From: Eledone cirrhosa
Lineage: Eukaryota
Direction: 5' to 3'
NCBI GenBank assembly: GCA_964016885.1
Contig: OZ024741.1
Coordinates: 229,524,001 to 229,588,000 of the forward strand
Length of the DNA stretch: 64,000 bases
The notes beneath the pieces are model-generated. The model saw only the letters and a list, made by a program, of their open reading frames with translations. It did no database searches and had not been told where the DNA came from. This document shows positions 53,901 to 64,000 of this stretch, piece by piece (positions within the stretch are counted from its first letter, which is position 1; the number at the start of each line of letters is the position of its first letter). The position numbers were made by a program, and so were the translations under genes.

Positions 53901-53965
53901 AATTGTAGAGTGCTTCTTATCCGATATCTGTATTGCTTTATTGTACCACAATAAAACTCACCTCC
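50921..53965 (-). mobile_element. Naiad-type Penelope-like element, 5'-truncated, with 3' pLTR and inverted pLTR copy at 53826-53965
   Basis: LKDHKNNF..IRLIAPSKSDLG.VSK.ILD, FDIASYYSSI, FDITMG, YRDDGL, NFLDVSLNL, SNHP, IIWYNAPF, CNC..CPLNNHC linker, LIY..TYFGST GIY-YIG. 53826-53882 is inverted relative to 50925-50988. Confidence 0.9.
50964..51034 (-). ncRNA. Type I hammerhead ribozyme in Naiad 3' pLTR
   Basis: TATTTTAT-CTGATGA-(long stem II)-GAAA-TGCGCA-TA-ATAAAATA. Perfect 8-bp stem I and palindromic stem III. Confidence 0.87.
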
Positions 53966-54039
53966 TATATATATATATATTTATATATTTATAGTTATAG
54001 TTATATATATATATAATTTTGTGTGTATATATATATATT

Positions 54040-54118
54040 TACCCACTCTACTACCCTAAGTATTGAGTATTCTGATGCGTTATGGTGCACCCGGTTCCTT
54101 ACCACACTTCCTTCGTTA
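54040..54118 (+). mobile_element. H3 pLTR terminal fragment
   Basis: Matches 61926-62003. Confidence 0.8.
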
Positions 54119-54228
54119 TACTCTTACGCTTTTACTCTTTTACCTGTTTCAGCCATCCGGCTGAGGCCATGCTGGGGCACTATATATATATATAGTTAAG
54201 GTATATTTAGTGAACCAGATGCTGTCAA

Positions 54229-55162
54229 TCTATATATATAAAACTGAGGTTGTCTGTATGTCTGTCTGTCTGTCTACTAAAACGGTCGGCACACATCTCC
54301 TCCTAAACCGTACGTTCAAATTTCGGTGAAATTGCTACACTTATAGATGAAGGTCCGGCGGAGACATCGGTCAAAAAAATTTTCAAATCGACCCATGCCA
54401 AGTACAAAAATCGAATTTGTAATGTATTGATTTTTCAGTTCAAATGTATAAATAGAGATGAGAGACGAGTTATTTCTTTTTTATGGCATCATTTGTTTAT
54501 CTATTTACGTTACGAACAAACTACGCGTGCAAACGTACAAAAAAATACACGAACAGTTTTCTGGCCAGCAAAATTTTAACCTCCAAAATTCATGAGTTCG
54601 AAGTTTCAACATTAAGCTTCCATTTTGATCCATTTCCATTAAAAAGTCTTAAAACAATATTTTTACTTGAAAACAAGCCTATTTGAATACACCGTAAAAC
54701 AAGCAAATATTTAGTAAAAAAAGCATTGATCTATATATATAATCTCGTATAAAGCCTTTTGAGATTATCATTTAGAAGCAATGATTTTAAACGACAGACA
54801 GATAACGCATTTTTTTTCTTTCATGTCCATCCAATTTCTTTGTTTCAAAATAACTGATAGTTTGGTTACGCTGATGTTTTTCTCTGAGACAAGTGTTGCA
54901 GTGTTTACATTTTCGATTTTTGTTAATAGATTACCAGTGCAGTTTTCATCCCCAACATCCTCTTTTGTTTTAACATTCGGGTTATGGTTATGTTTTCTCA
55001 ACTTCATAAGGCATACTGTTGGTTGAGGGAATATTAATCAAGAGTACCACATAAAAGTCTACACTGTAGACTCTACAGTTTTTAAGCCAAGAAAGGAACT
55101 TAACATTGTAACTTTAACACAGCTACTGAGCAGCCCCGAGCAACGCCGGGCTTTACTGCTAG
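54229..55162 (+). mobile_element. Non-autonomous Helitron
   Basis: The 5' end is TCTATATATATAAAA followed by (GTCT)n. The 3' end has hairpin CCCG-AGCAACGC-CGGG (55135-55150), an 8-nt spacer and CTAG. It sits between A and T with no TSD. Confidence 0.8.
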
Positions 55163-55406
55163 TATTAAATAGAAGTATTCAATAAAACTGGAAAAATAGA
55201 TTGCTATTATTAGTACAGATAAAATCGTTCTTTAGATTACAGCCATAACCTCATACACAGTTCATCAGAATGTCGAGTTGGAATGTGGCAAAAACAATAT
55301 TTCATACTCGACATTCCGACATTCGGACAAATATAGCGTAAGATTATAGCAATGTTGTAAACGTCGATTTTATCTATAATAATTATGAGTGTGTGTGTGT
55401 GTATGT

Positions 55407-55407
<1 letters not shown>

Positions 55408-55439
<32 letters not shown>
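55408..55439 (+). repeat. Poly-G tract
   Basis: About 30 G, seen directly. Confidence 0.9.
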
Positions 55440-55440
<1 letters not shown>

Positions 55441-55546
55441 GATTGAGTGAATTATTGGTGATGGCACCAAAACGTACATTCGATGCACAGTCAGGGTGTA
55501 TATATTAAGAAAAACGATGTATTCAGTTTTTTATTGTGTATATATG

Positions 55547-55577
<31 letters not shown>

Positions 55578-55578
55578 G

Positions 55579-55619
<41 letters not shown>

Positions 55620-55764
55620 AATATTTGAAGCTCAGGTTAAACTTTAATTAGTTACCTACCTAGCTATCTGTGATTACACACTTTACAAATTATCCCCTGT
55701 GATTGTTTCATGTGTTTATTTTAAATATATATATATGTCAATCAATTTCTAGTGGATATATATA

Positions 55765-55890
<126 letters not shown>

Positions 55891-56359
55891 CAGTACAAGG
55901 AGTAACCAATCTTAAAGGGAGAGGTGGAGATAGGAGACGAGATATGAGAGGAGAGATTGGTGAATTAGTTAGAAGCCAAAGCGTAAAGGCATGTGCTCAA
56001 TGTGCAATATGCAGTAGAAAGCAGCTAGGTGGCTGGGTTCATGCAGAAGTTAGGTGCGCAAAGCTGGAAATATTCATTAGTTAAGCGAAACAAGACCACA
56101 AATTTCACAAGGAAGACATTATAAAAAGATTGTCAACATATTTTAGTTTGATGTAAGTAATGTAGAGAATAATAATAATAATATTAATAATAATAATGTC
56201 CGTTTACAATTGTTACGCTACTCCATATAATATTTCTGGATCAGATGACTATATATCATAATTGATCTGGTTCAGTTGAAAATAATTAACATATTTAAAA
56301 AACAGAGCGGCTCATCGGAACTTCAAAGAAAGTATATATATATATATATATATATATAT

Positions 56360-57760
<1,401 letters not shown>

Positions 57761-57817
57761 ATAAGGTGAAGCATCGGTATGCTGAACTAACTGTTGTGAA
57801 ACTATATATATATATAT

Positions 57818-58380
57818 GGGTAAGTTATTCCGGGTTGAATCGGAGAAAGTAGGGTACTCAATACATAGCAGAGTATAAACGTTTTAATATAAATGAGATT
57901 CTACAGGACTAGAACTGTTTCATTCTTTAGAAATCATCAGGAATCTGGGTATCAAAAAATAAATATGGTATTTATAGGTCTCTTCAGGTGGTAGGAGAGG
58001 GTGGGGAGTGGGATGGGTAGAGGTCATTGGTTGATAGAAAAGGGAATTCATTAAAAGTTAATTCTTTAAAGCTATAATTTATATTTAGAGTAACAAAGGC
58101 AGATAGAATTCTATAAACAAGTTCAGAATGGGGTGCCACTCCTTATTTTTAAGTTTCTCTTAAGCTAACAATGCCTATATTTCAGGTGTCTATAAGATGG
58201 TTGTGGGTCAGTCATGGTTGATGTGTTTAAAGAAAAGGGAAATTCTTTAAAAGCTAATTCTTTAAAGCTCTACTTAGAGTGACAAAGGCAGAGAGAGTTC
58301 TATAAACAATTTCAAATATTGGGTGCCTGTCCATATTGTCATGTTTCTCTTAAGCTATATTTCAGGTGCCTACAGACACA
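57818..58380 (-). mobile_element. PLE-type pLTR/3' UTR remnant with ~190-bp tandem duplication
   Basis: Ends at (TA)n and contains a hammerhead. 58037-58195 is repeated at 58232-58376. Confidence 0.65.
57896..57946 (-). ncRNA. Type I hammerhead ribozyme
   Basis: AGATTC-CTGATGA-T-TTC(TAAA)GAA-T-GAAA-CAG(TTCTAGTC)CTG-TA-GAATCT. Confidence 0.83.
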
Positions 58381-58395
58381 TTCACAGATACACAA

Positions 58396-58468
<73 letters not shown>

Positions 58469-58903
58469 TACACATATCAAATACATATACACACTCGACA
58501 AAATACCCCCTCTACCTCCTTCCCACCCTACCCCTTCTCGACCGGAAACACGGCACTATAGTTATGTAAGTACCTCTCACGTATCCGCATTTTCTGCTTG
58601 TAGAGCTGTATTTATGAGCTTGTATATATGCGTATATTCTTGAAAACATGTACGTATGTATTTGTATGAGTGGCCGTTCGTTTGTATGCGTATGGTTTTG
58701 TGTACGTGCGTTTATATGTATCTGCATATGGACATGTATGTGTATATTTGTTTGTATATATTTGTGTGTATATATATGTATATATATAAATATATATTTA
58801 TATATATAGTGCAAATTTATACGGGAACAAAAGAGAGGCAGACAATATATATAAATATATATATATGTATGTGTATGTATGTATGTGTATCTATGTGTGT
58901 GTG

Positions 58904-58966
<63 letters not shown>

Positions 58967-59050
58967 ATAATAATAAATTTGAAGACTAAAATCCAAAGAG
59001 GGTTCGATAAGGATAAATATATATCAGATATATAAGAACCGTAGAGCAAA

Positions 59051-59174
59051 TATTTATTAAAATAACAGATTAAAGTTTAAGCAAAGAATCGCTGCTTTCA
59101 CCCTTAACGGGATCTTCTGAAGGGTGAAAGCAGCGATTCTTTGCTTAAAGTTTAATCTGTTATTTTAATAAATA
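59051..59174. repeat. 55-bp-arm fold-back whose junction truncates a hammerhead core
   Basis: Arms 59051-59105 and 59120-59174. The minus strand reads GAAGA-T-CCC(GTTAA)GGG-T-GAAA. Followed by (TA)n. Confidence 0.8.
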
Positions 59175-59419
59175 TATATATATATATAACGGCGATAATT
59201 TAGTTTTAAATAAATAAACAGACTAAATAAATATGGCGTAGGCATACAATACAACGGGAGAAAACATAAAAGCACAACTGACGAGTTGCAGATGTGCAAC
59301 GAAAGAAGTTTGTTAAACTATATGTATGTGTTTGTGTCTATATTGTATCTGTATTTTTGACGGTTGGTCAGTGTATGTATATACATTGAGGACCGAATAA
59401 ATTAAATTAACTGATATAA

Positions 59420-59503
59420 AAGACACAGAAGCGAAAACCAACCAAACAGTGTGTTCTGTTATTAATTCAGGCAATATTATTACACAAAAATGACCCTCCC
59501 CAT
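59420..59503 (+). mobile_element. PLE pLTR terminus (same family as 23767-23846)
   Basis: AACCAACCAAACAGTG..TTCTGTTATTAATTC.GGCAATATTA..ATGACCCTCCCCA. Confidence 0.75.
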
Positions 59504-59506
59504 ATG

Positions 59507-59590
<84 letters not shown>

Positions 59591-59861
59591 ATGTATATGT
59601 ATATATATATATATATGTATGTGTGTATGTTTGTATCTATGTGTATATATGTATGTATATGTATGTATATGTGTATACGTGCATATATATGTGTATATAT
59701 ATATAGTTATATATATGCATGTATAAATATATGTATATATGTATATATATGCACACGTATGTGTATGTGTGTATATGTGTATCTGTGTATATGTGTATAT
59801 GTGTATATGTGTATATGTGTATATGTGTATATGTATATATATATATATATATGTGTGTATG

Positions 59862-59894
<33 letters not shown>

Positions 59895-59907
59895 GTATGT
59901 GTATATA

Positions 59908-59956
<49 letters not shown>

Positions 59957-59959
<3 letters not shown>

Positions 59960-62002
59960 AACCAGTAAGACCCCGACGGCTGAGCTCAAGCCGTTTCGAC
60001 GGCTAATTCTGGACTAAATGAAAATTTATCCTGGTATATAAATAGCCAAGCTTCTCAAGGGGTAATTCCATATATGGTCAAAGTGATTGTCACAAGGATT
60101 GGTCACAAGTTAGTAGTAATTCTGTGATGGCAAATAGTGGGGGAGAGTGTGGCTAAACCTACCAGTAGGAGAAAAAGGGGAGGGGTGGATTAGACCCAAT
60201 CATGCGTTGGTAGTGCCGGCTACAGCTGGGCATGAGGTCAAATAAGATACTAGGGAGGGGGACGGGGAGGAAGTCGAAACGGTAATTAGAACAATGAAGG
60301 GTAAAAATATATATATATGAAAAAAAAATACTGAGAGTGATAAAAAGCGGATAAATGTAAAGAAAAAAATATAAGCAATTTCTACGACCTAAGTCTCCAG
60401 CTATTGCTCGGCTAGATAAATAAATAAATAAAGAAATAAAGAAATAAAGAAATAAATAAAGAAATAAAAAAATAAAGAAATAAAGAAATAAAAAAATAAG
60501 TAAATAAACTAGGTGGGACGGAAGAGGAAAGGACCCTTTTAAGAGGTATAAGGACGTATATCATACGGTGACCGGTCAACAATGGGGGCCAAAATACTAA
60601 AGAAACTACCACGAAATAATTAATAAGGGTTTCTACCCCGGGCACAAGGCCAGCAACCACCCAGTGCAGAAAAGTAGACTAGTACGAGATAATAATTCTG
60701 AGTCCCGAAAAAAATATACTAATGCTAACTCTAATGGTACCGCCACGCTACAAAAGTTCTTATACAAGCTACATGAAAGTTCGTACGAAGTAAAAGTAGA
60801 ATACGGAAAAATAAATTCAGAATCCACCCCGCCCAAAAGAAAAGAGAAGAAAGAAATACTGAAACGAGAAATTAAGGCAGAGGTGCCACTAAGAAATATA
60901 GAAGGCACGGAAAAAAGGGGGAGCGGTCGGATAAGGGGGCAAGTATCCGAGGTCTAACACAACTGCTATAAAAAGCGGAGTCCGCCAAATCTATCATAGA
61001 CTAGGGGAGGGGGTGGGGGTACTGAGGCTACAAGGGGCTAAAGGGCTGCCTCGGGTGGGCGAGAAAAATACGCCGACAAAGAAAAAGAACTGGGGTAGAA
61101 GGACTAGGGAGGGATGGGGGAAGAAGGCAATATAGAGGAAGCGATAAAAGAATAAAAAGATCTTACGTCTCCCGCGGCAAGCAGGGGTTACCCATTACAA
61201 AATCGGCAAGTGGGGTGTTATAGCCCTAGTCTAACCCCCTCCCCCCCCCGGGTCATTATGGGGTTTGAGGGCGAGGTAAGTCCTACGCAATCTATGTTTA
61301 CATGCAGTAACCAGTTCATATACCTCTTAAAAGGGTCCTTTCCTATTCCGTCCCACCTAGTTTATTTACTTATTTTTTTATTTCTTTATTTCTTTATTTC
61401 TTTATTTCTTTATTTATTTCTTTATTTCTTTCTTTATTTCTTTCTTTATTTATTTATTTATTTATCTAGCCGAGCAATAGCTAGAGAGTTAGGTCGTAGA
61501 AATTGCTTATATTTTTTTCTTTACATTTATTCGCTTTTTATCACTCTCAGTATTTTTTTTTCATATATATATTTTTACCCTTCATTGTTCTACTTACCGT
61601 TTCGACTTCCTCCCCCTCCCCCTCCCTAGTATCTTCTTTGACCTCATGCCCAGCTGTAGCCGGCACTACCAACGCATGATTGGGTCTACTCCACCCCTCC
61701 CCTTTTTCTCCTACTGGCAGGTTTAGCCACCCTCTCCCCCACTAATTTGCCATCACAGAATTACTACTAACTTGTGACCAATTCTTGTGACAATCACTTT
61801 GACCATATATAGAATTACCCCTTGAGAAGCTCGGCTATTTATATACCAGGATAAATTTTCATTTAGTCCAGAATTAGCTGTCGAAACGGCTTGAGCACAG
61901 CCGTCGGGGTCTTACTGGTTCCTATTACCCACTCTACTACCCTAAGTATTGAGTACTTTGGTGCGTTATGGTCCACCTGGTTCCTTACCACATTTCCTTC
62001 GT

Positions 62003-62003
<1 letters not shown>
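59957..62003. mobile_element. Non-coding H3 element: ~600-bp inverted arms around a ~770-bp core, (TA)n on both sides
   Basis: 59957-60548 is inverted relative to about 61320-61923. U3-A8 hammerheads at 59970-60063 (-) and 61817-61910 (+). Confidence 0.87.
61817..61910 (+). ncRNA. Hammerhead ribozyme, U3-A8 core variant (H3)
   Basis: ACCCC-TTGAGAA-GCTCGGCTA...TAGCTGTC-GAAA-CGGCT(TGAGCAC)AGCCG-TC-GGGGT. Confidence 0.75.
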
Positions 62004-62036
<33 letters not shown>

Positions 62037-62050
62037 AATATATATATATA

Positions 62051-64000
62051 TCAAAATGAAAATCCGAAGGCAAGGTAAAATTTCCAATCATATTAATCAT
62101 CACACATGTTTCAATAAGAGATAGATCGATCGTGAAGCCATGATCAATTATCACTGATCTCATCAGGTGAAAATGAATTGTCTTCAAATTCTTGATATGA
62201 GGGAGAAAATAAGCAATGTTCACTCACAGAGTATATTCCCTCATATGAAGATCAAGCAGTCAAAATGCGGCGACTGCTATCAACTTCAGTTAAGGTCATA
62301 AAACAATCAAATTTCTATATCCCAATAGCTGCAAAAAACGCTGGACATCATTAAAATCTGTAGAAATACAGTCGGTCACAGTTGATGTGAGTGGGTACAC
62401 ACACACTTAACACCCACACACACCGACTCGAAGTCAAAGAAAAAATATATATAAATATATCCACACATCAACACAGTATCAAATCTGTAGAGCTATAGAC
62501 GGTCACAATTAGTGTGAGTGGGTACACACACACCGAAGCGATATCAAAGAAAAGACAATAAATATAAGAATATACCAACATAGTATTCACCGAAAAGTTA
62601 GTTTACAAAACAACAAATGCTACATTGGTTAAATCTCAATTTGACGATGCAAATTGGAAATATTAGGTCAACCACAGCCCCCCCCCCCCCCACACACACA
62701 GTGTAAATTCAGTTCAGTGTTCTGCTATACGTGTATAGATTGAATTGTAACATCCGTATCTCCAAATAGTGTATGTTACGGTATATACACATCCCTATCG
62801 TCCAAAAGGGTGTATGTATAGGTATATACACATCCATGTGAAGAGTAAGCAATCAACTCATATCGAACTCAGTATGTACCGCTGTCCCATTGAGAATCCG
62901 AGTCCCCAAATCTGTGCGTGCAAGCAACTGCTATGTAGGCCAGCAAGGGGCTCCGTGTAGGGTTGGGTATTTGAGTTAAGGTGTCAGTAAGTACGATTTC
63001 TCGTCATACGAACCCTTGGGCTTTTAAGATAGGTGTTTGAGTGGTGGAGGTGTGTTATCCAACACAAAGGGTAAAGTAAAATAACAAAGGATGTGGGTAG
63101 GCTCATTAATGGTGTGTAAGTATTATTATTCAATCTGTAACTGTGAGCACTCCATGGTTAGATGATCAAAACCTAGAGTAGTGTTCAATCGGTAGGAACG
63201 TGACCAGTCGTAACTGAGGGAACTCAATGTCTAAAGAAAACGGGTACTCTGTGTAGGGTTATGTATAGAGAGCGTAAACGGTATTAACTGAGTGTGCAAT
63301 ACGTCTAGCTATATCCCAACCGAGAGAACTCAATGGTTAGGGTATCTTAAAGTAAAGGTAAATGCGCGTAATCGGTCTTGCCTGAGTACGTAATCATTTA
63401 CTAACTAGGTATTCTGAGTGTGTAATCATTCTAACTATTTACTAACTAGGTATTCCAAAGGCACTCCGCTGTGAGGACTCTGTGGAAACAGGCCGAGTAC
63501 CGTGTGTAAGTGCGCAAACGATCTTAACCGTCTAATTACCTGAGTGTGTGACTGTCTGTTTATTGAGAGAAATCTTGATGCATTACTTTCAAGAAATCCC
63601 GCGGAAGGTTTTCGGGGTTCTATGTTGGCAGTTGCTGAAAAAGTCCGCTCTCCTATTAATTAATAGGGGTCCGTCTCTAATAATATTAAAGGTTTCAACT
63701 ATGCACACATTACAGACGCCAGTGCTGCCGTTGTGAGGCTGGGCTGAGCACACTATGGACCAGGATAAGGAGTGCTCTATATTCTGTTGTTTAAGCTTCC
63801 AGACTAATTCAGAAAGCGCCATGCTATTTTTTTTATCTAATCTATTAAAGGTATGGCGGTGATTATACCATCTATCCTTAAATCGAGTGGAGACCTTACA
63901 GTCGTAGACTATGTTTTTGGTGAGGTATTTCCCAGCCATGGGCAAGTGGCGGTGTTCCTGAAATTACATTTTCTGTTATCGACCTGGGTATTTCCAGAGG
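62051..64000 (-). mobile_element. Second Naiad-type PLE: GIY-YIG end (63589-63970), long 3' UTR, pLTR with hammerhead-like motif at 62100-62170
   Basis: KNIVYDCKV..FKDRWYNHRHTF..MALSELVWKLK..CNVCIVE..LINRR..CQH. The motif TCAC-CTGATGA-(long stem II)-GAAA-CATG-T-GTGA lacks H17. Ends at (TA)n. Confidence 0.82.

Noticed and set aside
59355-59405. Hairpin at the expected hammerhead position of a pLTR
   Set aside because: The core reads TTGACGG...GAAT, too degenerate to call.

Overview
Repeat-saturated, AT-rich eukaryotic DNA with no recognisable host gene. The SINE motifs and microsatellite load suggest a mollusc such as an octopus; this is an inference from memory. The window is a mosaic of decayed retroelements. 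It holds two lineages of Tx1/L1-like LINEs (all on -), three families of R4/Dong-like restriction-endonuclease LINEs (all on +), RTE and CR1 fragments, and tRNA-derived SINEs. It also holds a non-autonomous Helitron and many Penelope-like elements (PLEs), including Naiad-type RT/GIY-YIG copies. Two layers are invisible in the ORF track. First, I read about 18 type I hammerhead ribozyme motifs from several unrelated families. They include a four-copy U3-A8 core variant, U.U 10.1/11.1 variants and a 461-nt tandem retrozyme-like unit, and almost all sit in fold-back structures abutting (TA)n. Second, the elements partition by microsatellite: PLE at (TA)n; Dong, Tx1-A and a SINE at (AAT/ATT)n; a second R4 family and RTE at (CATA)n; Tx1-B at (GATA)n. 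All structures were read by eye, coordinates may be off by a few bases, and no activity or novelty has been verified.
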